Of a stretch of DNA of 23,538 nucleotides, positions 1 through 8,390 are shown piece by piece. Origin of the DNA: a bacterium (GTDB lineage: Bacteria; JADJOY01); contig JAXLQJ010000032.1 in assembly GCA_046331705.1 (NCBI GenBank), positions 62,001 through 85,538 on the forward strand, written 5' to 3'. The position numbers were made by a program, and so were the translations under genes. Numbering within the stretch: the first letter of the stretch is position 1; every line of letters starts with the position of its first letter. The notes under the pieces are model-generated. The model was not told the origin of the DNA. It worked only from the letters and a program-made list of their open reading frames with translations, and did no database searches.

Positions 1-52
1 CGCCGAGGATCCGGATCGGCGTCGCCGATCCCGCCGCTTCGATTCCATTCAT
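1..52 (-). CDS. Probable 5' end of a divergent gene running off the left edge (MNGIEAAGSATPIRILG...); product unknown
   Basis: ATG at 52 on the minus strand, preceded by GGGAGGAG (complement of ctcctccc, 62-69). The frame is open to the window edge. Only 17 codons are visible. Confidence 0.45.
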   Translation of the reverse strand, partial: MNGIEAAGSATPIRILG

Positions 53-218
53 CGTGGATCGCTCCTCCCGCCACCCCCGCGCATCCGTTTCCCGGCGCGC
101 CCGCGCGCGCCGTCGCGGTACGCCGCCCACGACACGAAGTCCTTGCGCATGCCGGTGCGACTCCCTACGATCCCCGTGTCCGTCACCGCGCTCCCGCGAC
201 GACGACGAGGCTCGGCCG

Positions 219-1634
219 ATGTCCGAAGCGATCACCGCGCGCGCCGCCGCCAGCGTCGTGCTCATCGACGACAGCGACGCGATCCGGTCGGCACTCAAGC
301 TCGCGCTCGAGGACGCTGGCTACCGGGTGCTCGACGCGGCAACCGGCGAGGCGGGGCTCAAGCTGGTGCTGACGTCGTCTCCCGACGCGCTCGTCACCGA
401 CTACGAGCTGCCGGGCATCAACGGCATGGCGGTGATCCATCGCGTGCGATCCCACCCCACGGTCCAGAGCCTGCCGTGCATCCTCCTCACCGGCGCCGAC
501 GCCGCCCCCGCCGAGGCGCGCGGCCTGGAGGGTGGCGCAGATGCCTACATCCGCAAGACCTCCCCACTCGAGGTGATCGTGGCGCGAGTGGGCGCGTCCG
601 TGCGCCGCGCGGGATCGACGGTCACGCCCACGCCCACCGCGCAGCCGAACGACGGCGCCGCCGGCGCTCGCCGCGTGCTGGTGATCACCGCGGACGCGGC
701 GCGCTCCGAGCTCCTCTTCGTGCTGGCGGGGCTCAAGCACCAAGGGCTCGAGGTGCGCATCTCGTCGGAGCAACCGACCGAGGCCGAGCTCGGCGCCGTC
801 GAATGCGTGCTGCTCGACCGCACGGACGCGCTCGCCGCGCGCATCGCGGCGATCAAGGCTCACGCGCAGAGCGCATCGGTGCCCGTGGTGGTGCTGGGCA
901 GCGAGGACGACCCCGACGGTGTCGTTCTCGCGCTGCGGGCCGGCGCCGACGATTGGGTGGCGCTGGCGAGCGGGCTCGACGTCATCGCCGGCCGGATCCG
1001 TGCCCATCTGCGTCGGCGCCAGGCCGAGGACCATCAAGCCCACCTGCGGGAGCAAGCGCTGCAGCGCGAGCTCGCCGACCGCGAGGCGCGCGCCCAGCGG
1101 GAGATCGCCGACGCACGCGCCGAGCTGCTCGCCGAGCTCGCCCGCAAGAACGCCGAGCTCGAGGAAGCGAACTCCAACCTGGCGGCGAGCCTGCGCGAGG
1201 TGCGGGTGCGCGACGAGCAGTTCCGTACCGTCGCTCGCTGCGTACCGGGCGTGGTCTATCTGATGCGTCACGGCGAGCATCGGACACCGCTCTTCATGAG
1301 CGTCGCCGTGGAGGTCCTCACCGGCCATCGCGCGCCCGATTTCGTCGCGGGCCGCGTGAGCTGGACGAACCTCGTCCATCCCGAGGACCGCGACCGCGTG
1401 TTCGCCCGCATCGATTCCGCCATCGGCCAGCGCAAGCCCTTCGAGACCACCTACCGGATCCAGCACGCCAGCGGTGCGTGGCGCTGGGTGGAGGAGCGCG
1501 GCCGCGCGATCTTCGACGAGGACGAGGTTCGCTGCGTGGGCGGCACGGTCTTCGACGTGACCGAGCGGCTCGAGGCCGAGGAAGAGCTCGAGCGCTTTCG
1601 CGCGCGTCAGCGCCCCGCGACCCCTCGCCCGTGA
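219..1634 (+). CDS. Response regulator-type protein: REC - degenerate REC - coiled coil - PAS/PAC, no output domain (471 aa)
   Basis: REC1 has VVLIDD...LVTDYELPG...LLTG...YIRK. A second REC-like segment has VLLD and PVVVL...ALRAGADDW. A heptad region (RKNAELEEANSNL) precedes a PAS/PAC (VHPEDR...YRI...WRWVEERG...DVTER). Start moved from 54 to ATG 219, which has GAGG at 207-210. Confidence 0.85.
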   Translation: MSEAITARAAASVVLIDDSDAIRSALKLALEDAGYRVLDAATGEAGLKLVLTSSPDALVTDYELPGINGMAVIHRVRSHPTVQSLPCILLTGADAAPAEARGLEGGADAYIRKTSPLEVIVARVGASVRRAGSTVTPTPTAQPNDGAAGARRVLVITADAARSELLFVLAGLKHQGLEVRISSEQPTEAELGAVECVLLDRTDALAARIAAIKAHAQSASVPVVVLGSEDDPDGVVLALRAGADDWVALASGLDVIAGRIRAHLRRRQAEDHQAHLREQALQRELADREARAQREIADARAELLAELARKNAELEEANSNLAASLREVRVRDEQFRTVARCVPGVVYLMRHGEHRTPLFMSVAVEVLTGHRAPDFVAGRVSWTNLVHPEDRDRVFARIDSAIGQRKPFETTYRIQHASGAWRWVEERGRAIFDEDEVRCVGGTVFDVTERLEAEEELERFRARQRPATPRP

Positions 1635-2242
1635 CGAGCGCGAACCCCACCGCGAGTGGCACGCCATCCGCCGCCGCGAAGCCGGTGCTGGTCGCGTACG
1701 AGACACGCTTCGGCTCGACCGCGGAGGTCGCCCGCGCGATCGGCGCGGTTCTCGCCGAGGCGGGATTCGCCGCCGAGATCCGGCGCGCCAGCGAGGTGGA
1801 CGATCCGACTCGCTACGCCGCCGTGATCGTCGGCGCGCCGGTCTATTCCCGGCGCTGGCTCCGCGCCGCGTGCGCGTGGGTGCGACTCCATCGCGATGCG
1901 CTTGCGCCGCGGCCCGTGTGGTTCTTCGCCCTCGGGATCCGGGTGCCGGACGGACCGCACGCGAACGAGCGCCACACGCTGCGCCTGCTGCGCCGGCTCC
2001 ACCAGCTCGCGCCCGACTTCGAGCCGCGCTCCATCGGCCTCTTCGCGGGCGCGGTGAATCCCGCGATCGTCGGCCTGCGCGAGCAGATCCAGCTTCGGGT
2101 GTTTCGCCCGAAGACCGGGGATTTTCGCGACTGGGCGAAGATCCGCGCGTGGGCGATGGCGGTGCGCGACGAGCTGCGGAGCGCAGCGTCGCCGCCATGC
2201 GACGAGCGGCCGCGCGCTGCGCAATCGTCGTCAGACCGTTGA
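1631..2242 (+). CDS. Flavodoxin-domain protein (Flavodoxin_5 / HemG-like, 203 aa)
   Basis: FMN phosphate loop VLVAYETRFGSTAEVA, then YAAVIVGAPVY, PVWFF, FAGA and the terminal GDFRDW..IRAWA. GTG start overlaps the upstream TGA (GTGA at 1631-1634). It is the 3' part of ORF 143..2242. Confidence 0.85.
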   Translation: MTSANPTASGTPSAAAKPVLVAYETRFGSTAEVARAIGAVLAEAGFAAEIRRASEVDDPTRYAAVIVGAPVYSRRWLRAACAWVRLHRDALAPRPVWFFALGIRVPDGPHANERHTLRLLRRLHQLAPDFEPRSIGLFAGAVNPAIVGLREQIQLRVFRPKTGDFRDWAKIRAWAMAVRDELRSAASPPCDERPRAAQSSSDR

Positions 2243-2437
2243 CAGCGGTGCCACAGCGCGTCCGCGCCGCAGGCCGCGAACGCCCGGTGCGCCCGCGACG
2301 TCGCCCAAAACCAGCTTTCACGCCCGCAATACCACTCGCGTTTGCACCGGCTCGTACCGCACTGCGTCAGCCGGGACGCGGTATGAACATTGCTGTAAGG
2401 CAGCGCGGCTGATTATCGTCTGAGGAGAAATCGCTCG

Positions 2438-4996
2438 ATGCCTCCCCCCCAAGGCTCGTCGTTGGCGCACCGCGTGGAACCCGAGCCCACTCGTCGCAAC
2501 ATCGCAGCGCCGCGCCCCACCGCGGCGGCGGTCCGCCAGCTCCCGACACCGGCGGCGGTCACGTCGAGCCGCATGCGGACGCTCGTCGCCGACGAGGACG
2601 AGGCTTCGCGCTCGATGCTCGAACGGGTGCTCGGCTCGCGTGGTCACGACGTGACGGCGTGCGCCGACGCCGACACCGCGTGGACGCTGTGCCAGGCCGA
2701 CCCTCCCGCGCTGCTGGTGGTGAGCGCCGGCCTGCTCGACGCCCACGGCGTGCCGCTGACGCGTCGGATCCGCGCCATCCCCGGGGGCGACCGAACCGTC
2801 ATCCTGGCTCTCACGGCGAGCGCCGAACCGGTGTCGCTGCAAGCGCTGCTGCAGGCAGGCTGCAACGACTACATGGCGCGCCCGCTCGAGGAAGCGCTGC
2901 TCAAGGTGCGATTGGCCATCGCGGAGCTGGGCGTGCGTCAAGAGACGCGCGCCAAGCACACGGTCGAGTCCGCGCGGCGCCTCTCGTTCGCCGTCGATCA
3001 GAGCCCGGCGGCCGTCATCATCGCCGACCCCAAGGGCAACATCGACTACGTGAACCCGAAGTTCACCCAGCTCACGGGCTTCTCGCACGCGGAGATCCTG
3101 GGCTCGCGGTTGCTCGAGCTCTCCGACCTCACGCTCGAGGAGAAGGCCAAGTTCTGGGAGACGATCGACCGCGGCCTCGAATGGCGCGGCGAGTTCCGTT
3201 ACAAGCGCCGTAACGGCGACTACTACTGGGCGTCGGCGTCCATCTCGCCCGCGCGCGGCACCAACGGCAAGACCGCGTACCTCGTGGAAGTGCACGAGGA
3301 CATCACCGAGCGCAAGCGCGTCGAGGACGCGTTGCGCGCCGGCGACGAGCGTTATCGCGCGCTCGCCGACAACGCCTACGACTTGATCTGCGAGATCTCC
3401 GTGGACGGCCGCTTCCTCTACGTGAGCCGCAACTACCGCGAGGTGCTGGGATACGAGATCGACGACCTCGTCGGCCGCGAGATCTTCGCGCTCATCCATC
3501 CCGAGGATCGCCCCAAGGTGATGGAGCGCTTCGTGCGCGCCGTGCAGAGCGAGGCCCCGAGCAGCCCGCGCGGCGAGCAGCTCGTGTTCCGCTATCGCCA
3601 CAAGAACGGCCAGTACCGGTGGTTCGAGTCGGTGGGCCGCGCCTACCGCAGCGCCGATCGCGAGTCGCGCCGCTTGGTGGTCGCGCGCGACATCACCGAG
3701 CGCAAGCGCGCCGAGGACCAGCAGCGCGAGCTCACGGAAAAGCTCCAGAGCATGAACACGCGGCTCGAGACCATGACCTTGGTCGATCCGCTCACGGAGC
3801 TGCTGAATCGCCGCGGGCTGCAGCAGGTGCTGACGCGCGAGATCGACGTCGCGCGGCGCGCGGGCACCGAGCTCTTCGTGCTCTTCGTGGACCTCGACGA
3901 CTTCAAGAAGATCAACGACACCCTCGGCTACGCCGTCGGCGACGTGGTGCTCAAGGAGGTCGCGCGGAAGCTGCGCGCCAGCATGCGCGGCACCGACCAC
4001 GTCGCGCGCATCGGCGGCGACGAGTTCATGGTGCTGCTGCCGCGCAGCCGCACCGCGGAGGCGATCCGCGTCGCGGAGCGCGCGCGCATCGCCGTCTCCG
4101 GCTCGCCGGTGTTCCTCTCGTCCGGGACCGTGACCGTGACCGCGAGCCTCGGCCTCGCGCTGGTCTCCCACGACACGCCCTCGATCGACGAGCTGCTCTC
4201 GCAGACCCACGTGCTGCTCAGGCAGAGCAAGCTCGGCGGCAAGAACCGGCTCTCCTACGACGTCGGCATGAACGAGAACGAGCCGGACGGGGCGAGCCCG
4301 CAGGGCGACCTCATCGATCTGTTGCGGCGGGGCGAGGGGCTGAAGACCGTGTTCCACGCGATCTATCGCCTGGTCGACGAGGCGATCGTCGGCCACGAAT
4401 GCCTGACGCGCTCCACCATCCCCGCGTTCGAGCGCCCCGACCACTTCTTCCGCATCAGCCAGGAAGCCAACATCCTCACGCCGGTCGACCATCACTGCTT
4501 CAAGACGGCGCTCGCCGCGACCGCCGATCGCGACCCCTCGTTGCGCTTCCACATCAACCTGCTGCCGTCGACGATGATCGACATCCCGGTGCAGCACCTG
4601 CTCGAGGCCTTCCCCACCAGTCGACCGCATTCGAGCTATTGCATCGAGATCAGCGAGCAGCAGATCATCGGCGACCCCTCGTACCTGCGCGAGCCGGTGA
4701 ACGAGCTCAAGCGCGCGGGGGTGCTGATCGCCATCGACGACGTCGGCTTCGGACGAAGCTGCCTGGAGTCGATGGTCTTGCTCGAGCCCGACATCGTGAA
4801 GATCGACCGCAAGGTGGTCTCGGGAATCGGCAGCGATCCATCGCGCGCCAACGTGCTCAAGCGGATCTTCCACGTGGCCAAGGTGCTGGGCGCGGACGTG
4901 GTGGCCGAGGGCATCGAGACCCGCGACGAGCTTCGCATCCTGCTACAGCTCGGCGTCTCGTACGGCCAGGGCTTCCTCTGGGGCAAGCCGGCATAG
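2438..4996 (+). CDS. Diguanylate cyclase/phosphodiesterase: pseudo-REC - PAS - PAS - GGDEF - EAL (852 aa)
   Basis: DPLTELLNRR, DLDDFKKIND and RGTD-HVARI-GGDEF mark the cyclase. EAL motifs are ECLTR, INL, IEISE, IAIDDVG, IVKID, VAEGIET and GQGF. Two PAS/PAC units end in DITERKR. GAGGAG lies upstream of the ATG. Confidence 0.93.
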   Translation: MPPPQGSSLAHRVEPEPTRRNIAAPRPTAAAVRQLPTPAAVTSSRMRTLVADEDEASRSMLERVLGSRGHDVTACADADTAWTLCQADPPALLVVSAGLLDAHGVPLTRRIRAIPGGDRTVILALTASAEPVSLQALLQAGCNDYMARPLEEALLKVRLAIAELGVRQETRAKHTVESARRLSFAVDQSPAAVIIADPKGNIDYVNPKFTQLTGFSHAEILGSRLLELSDLTLEEKAKFWETIDRGLEWRGEFRYKRRNGDYYWASASISPARGTNGKTAYLVEVHEDITERKRVEDALRAGDERYRALADNAYDLICEISVDGRFLYVSRNYREVLGYEIDDLVGREIFALIHPEDRPKVMERFVRAVQSEAPSSPRGEQLVFRYRHKNGQYRWFESVGRAYRSADRESRRLVVARDITERKRAEDQQRELTEKLQSMNTRLETMTLVDPLTELLNRRGLQQVLTREIDVARRAGTELFVLFVDLDDFKKINDTLGYAVGDVVLKEVARKLRASMRGTDHVARIGGDEFMVLLPRSRTAEAIRVAERARIAVSGSPVFLSSGTVTVTASLGLALVSHDTPSIDELLSQTHVLLRQSKLGGKNRLSYDVGMNENEPDGASPQGDLIDLLRRGEGLKTVFHAIYRLVDEAIVGHECLTRSTIPAFERPDHFFRISQEANILTPVDHHCFKTALAATADRDPSLRFHINLLPSTMIDIPVQHLLEAFPTSRPHSSYCIEISEQQIIGDPSYLREPVNELKRAGVLIAIDDVGFGRSCLESMVLLEPDIVKIDRKVVSGIGSDPSRANVLKRIFHVAKVLGADVVAEGIETRDELRILLQLGVSYGQGFLWGKPA

Positions 4997-5191
4997 GTCC
5001 GCGGCCCTCGATTCGGCGCGCGGCCGTCGGGCCGCCACGGCCCTACGGCTCGCGCGGCGAGCCGCCCCCCCCCGCGACGAAACTCGCAGGGCTGGCCACA
5101 CTTGCCCGCCCGGGTGACGGCGGGTGGTGATCCACCGTGCGGGATCGACCATCCCGGCAGCCACCGCGCGACGAACGGAAGGCCTCGGTAG

Positions 5192-8100
5192 ATGCCCCAG
5201 CCCCCCCGGTCCGGCGTTCGGGAAGCGACCACGCGAGTGGTGGTCGGCCGTCGCATCGAAGACCTCGGCGCACGCATCTCGGCGCGCTTCGCGATGGGCG
5301 AGGACGTCGACGACGCGATCGCGGCGACCCTCGGGGACCTCGGCAACCATCTCGGCGCGGTGCGCGTCTCGCTCTTCCAGCTGCGGCCGGACGGCGACTG
5401 GATCGATGCGAGCCACGAGTGGTATCGCCACGATCACGGCCCCGCTCTCGTGCTCAACCAGAATCTCGCGTGCACCCATCAGGCGTGGTGCATGCGACAG
5501 ATCGACGCCCACGGCTTCGTGCGGCTCGCATCGGTCGCGCAGATGCCCGAGGAGGCGTGCGACGAACGGCGGCTGCTGAGCGCGCGCGGCGTCGAGTCGC
5601 TGCTGGCCATGGCGGTGCCGATCGGCAGCACCGTCGGCGGCATCATCCGCATCGACAACCCGACCACCGATGGAGTGACGCTCGAGCGGACCCTCACGCT
5701 GGCGCGACACGCGGCCCACGTGATCGGCCTCGCGTTGTCACGGCGGCGCACGGAGGAAGAGCTGCGCTGGCACGTGCGGCTCGACGAGCTGGTGATGCGG
5801 GCCGCCGCCACGCTGCTCGAGGCCACGCCGGAGAGCATCGACGCGGCGATCACCGGGATCCTCACGGAGCTCGCGACCACGCTGGGCGCGGACATCGGCT
5901 ACGTCCTCGACCGCGCCGACGACGTGCAGGCGCGCGTGATCACCCACGTGGGACGCTCGGCCCAATCCCCCGCTTTCCCCGCTCCCGATCCGCGCGATCT
6001 CGACTGGCTCGAGCTCGACGCCACGCACGACGATCAGGTGCTGGTCCGGCGCCGGAGCGGGTCCGAGCCGACACTCGACCGAGCCTCGGCCGCTACGATC
6101 GGCGGCGAGGAGTCCCGGGCGCTGGTCGCGACGTTTCGACGCGAGCCCTCACGGCGCGGCACGCTGGTGTTCGAGGTGCGGGGCGCGCGGCGCAACTGGG
6201 GCCGTGACACGCAATCCTCCACGCGCATCGCCGCGGGCATGATCGCCAGCGCCCTGCACCGCACCGACGCGGTGCGGGCCCTGCGCGACAGCGAAGCGCG
6301 TTTCCGACTGCTCACCGAGTCGGCGCACGACGCGATCGCCGAGTTCACCGCCGAGGGCATCTGTCTCTACGCGAACCGTCGCCACTGCGAGATCCTGGGC
6401 CTCGAGCCGAGGATGCTGGTGGGCGAGCCGCTGCTGCCCCTCGTGCACCCGGACGATCAGGCATCCGTCATCGCGAGCTTCGTCGAGGCCCGCGAGCACC
6501 GATCCTCGGCGCGCGGCGTCATCCGCTTCCGCGATGCCCGCGGCGGTTATCGCTGGCTCGAGACGGTCGGCACCTGGTTCACGGCGGCGAGCGGCGAGGA
6601 ACGCGTGGTCGGCGTGTCGCGCGACGTCACCGACGCACGCGCCGGCGAGGAGGAGCTTCGCCGCAGCGAAGCGCTGCGCCGCGCCATCACCGACCACTCG
6701 ATCGACATGATCACGGTGGTGCGCTCGGACGGCACGATCGCCTTCCAGAACCTCGCGGCGGATCGCGTCCTGGGCTACGCGTTCGAGGAGCTGGGAGACG
6801 TCACCGCCGAGCAATTCGTCCATCCCGACGACCTGGAGCTCGCGTGGAGCGGTGTCCAGGCGTGCGTTTCCAGCCGTGGGCAGCCCATCACCGCGGAGCT
6901 GCGCGTGCGTCGCAGGGACGGCGACTGGCGCACCGTGACGGCGACCGCCATCAACCTCATCGGCGATCCGGGCGTGGACGGCATTCTCGTCATGTCGCGG
7001 GACGTGACCGAGCAGCGTCAGACCGAGCAGGCGCTGCGCCGGCGCGAAGACGAGCTTCGCCAGGCGCAGAAGATGGAGGCCATCGGACGGCTCGCCGGCG
7101 GAGTGGCTCACGACTTCAACAACATGCTGTCGGTGGTGCAATGCCACACCGACATGATGCTCTCCGATCTGCCGACCGATCACCCGATGCGCGACGGCAT
7201 CGGATCGATCCGCGACGCCGGGCTGCGTGCCGCGGCGCTGACCCGCCAGCTCCTGGCGTTCAGCCGCAAGCAGGCCTTCGTCCCGCGGCCGGTCGACGTC
7301 TCGGGCGTCGTCACGGCGGTCTCCAAGATGCTCAAGACCCTGATCGGCGAGGACGTTCGTTTCGACGTCCGGCTGGCCACCGATCTGCCGACCGTGCTGA
7401 TCGACGTGGGCTACCTGGAGCAGGTCCTGATGAACCTCGCGGTCAACTCCCGCGACGCCATGCCACAGGGCGGCGAGCTGCGCATCGAGACCGAGAAGGT
7501 CGACGGCGCGGGCGCGCACGGGGCCGCGCTCGGCGCCGGCGACTGGGTCCGCCTCTCGGTCATCGACTCCGGCTGCGGCATGGACGCCCAGACGCTGCAG
7601 CACGCCTTCGAGCCGTTCTTCACGACCAAACCCCGCGACAAGGGCACCGGGCTCGGGCTCGCCACCGTCTACGGCATCGTCAAGCAAAGCGGCGGCGAGA
7701 TCACCGTGTCCTCCCAACCCGGGCTCGGCACCCGCTTCGACATCTTCCTGCCGAGCGCGACCAGCGAGCCCGAGCCCATCGCCGAGGGCGTCGCGCCCGT
7801 GGCCACCGAGTCTCGTGGCCACGACACGATCCTGCTCGTCGAGGACGAGCCCACGGTTCGCGAGATCGCGGCGCAGGTGCTGGAGTCGGGCGGATTCCGG
7901 GTGCTGTCCGCAGGGAGCGTCGCGCAGGCGGTGGGGGTGATCGACTCCGCCGTCACGATGCCGGCGCTGGTGGTGAGCGACGTGGTGCTGCCGGACGGCA
8001 GCGGCGTCGACGCGGTGCGCGCCGCGCGCCTGCGTTGGCCCAGCGTGCGCGTGCTGCTGATGTCCGGGTACCTGGACGACATGCTCGACTCGCGCGGCCT

Positions 8101-8218
8101 CGAGGAGCTCGGCGCGGCGCTGCTCGAGAAGCCGTTCAACCCCGCGGCGCTGTTGCGCGCGGTGCACGACGCGATGGACGCGGCGAGCCCCGCGCCACCC
8201 GCTCGTTGGCCCGGCTGA
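5192..8218 (+). CDS. Cytoplasmic hybrid sensor histidine kinase: two GAF-like - PAS - PAS - HisKA - HATPase - REC (1008 aa)
   Basis: H-box QAQKMEAIGRLAGGVAHDFNN, N-box EQVLMNLAVNSRDAM, DSGCGM, FEPFFTTK and GTGLGL. C-terminal REC has LLVEDE...SDVVLP...MSGY...KPF. The N-terminal GAF-like region includes SHEW and GVESLLAMAVP. No TM helix seen. Confidence 0.92.
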   Translation: MPQPPRSGVREATTRVVVGRRIEDLGARISARFAMGEDVDDAIAATLGDLGNHLGAVRVSLFQLRPDGDWIDASHEWYRHDHGPALVLNQNLACTHQAWCMRQIDAHGFVRLASVAQMPEEACDERRLLSARGVESLLAMAVPIGSTVGGIIRIDNPTTDGVTLERTLTLARHAAHVIGLALSRRRTEEELRWHVRLDELVMRAAATLLEATPESIDAAITGILTELATTLGADIGYVLDRADDVQARVITHVGRSAQSPAFPAPDPRDLDWLELDATHDDQVLVRRRSGSEPTLDRASAATIGGEESRALVATFRREPSRRGTLVFEVRGARRNWGRDTQSSTRIAAGMIASALHRTDAVRALRDSEARFRLLTESAHDAIAEFTAEGICLYANRRHCEILGLEPRMLVGEPLLPLVHPDDQASVIASFVEAREHRSSARGVIRFRDARGGYRWLETVGTWFTAASGEERVVGVSRDVTDARAGEEELRRSEALRRAITDHSIDMITVVRSDGTIAFQNLAADRVLGYAFEELGDVTAEQFVHPDDLELAWSGVQACVSSRGQPITAELRVRRRDGDWRTVTATAINLIGDPGVDGILVMSRDVTEQRQTEQALRRREDELRQAQKMEAIGRLAGGVAHDFNNMLSVVQCHTDMMLSDLPTDHPMRDGIGSIRDAGLRAAALTRQLLAFSRKQAFVPRPVDVSGVVTAVSKMLKTLIGEDVRFDVRLATDLPTVLIDVGYLEQVLMNLAVNSRDAMPQGGELRIETEKVDGAGAHGAALGAGDWVRLSVIDSGCGMDAQTLQHAFEPFFTTKPRDKGTGLGLATVYGIVKQSGGEITVSSQPGLGTRFDIFLPSATSEPEPIAEGVAPVATESRGHDTILLVEDEPTVREIAAQVLESGGFRVLSAGSVAQAVGVIDSAVTMPALVVSDVVLPDGSGVDAVRAARLRWPSVRVLLMSGYLDDMLDSRGLEELGAALLEKPFNPAALLRAVHDAMDAASPAPPARWPG

Positions 8219-8390
8219 GCGCGGCGCGCCGGGCCGACCCGCCGCGCCGAACCCGTCTTCCGCCGCTCGATCGGCTCACGCGCCTTCGGTCGCTCCTTCG
8301 GTCCACGTCCACGGCCTCTTGCGACAGCGGTCTCGGGCCGTGCAAGATGGCGCGCGCACGAAGAAATCCTCGTAGTTCGGGCCCCCACAC

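Noticed and set aside
143-1630. Long N-terminal extension on the flavodoxin in ORF 143..2242 (likewise the extensions on 14816..16624, 18821..20725 and 21294..23216)
   Set aside because: The extensions are low-complexity, Arg-rich off-frame readings of the upstream gene. Better starts exist at or near the gene junctions.
1631-2242. Naming the flavodoxin hemG
   Set aside because: The family is broad and no heme biosynthesis genes are adjacent, so no symbol was assigned.
2239-2270. Perfect TTGACA hexamer
   Set aside because: It overlaps the flavodoxin stop codon and has no -10-like hexamer at 16-18 nt.
2390-2419. TTGCTG-N18-TATCGT candidate promoter for the GGDEF-EAL gene
   Set aside because: The implied start site falls inside the GAGGAG ribosome-binding site for ATG 2438, so it cannot be supported without TSS data.
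2243-2437. Possible c-di-GMP riboswitch upstream of the GGDEF-EAL gene
   Set aside because: I could not find the conserved class I or class II sequence elements by eye. An Rfam scan would be needed.
2444-2450. C7 tract just after the start codon as a phase-variation site
   Set aside because: It is short, in frame and unremarkable at this GC content.
8319-8348. TTGCGA-N18-CAAGAT candidate promoter for the HEAT gene
   Set aside because: The -10 lacks the first conserved T and the spacing is suboptimal; too weak to call.
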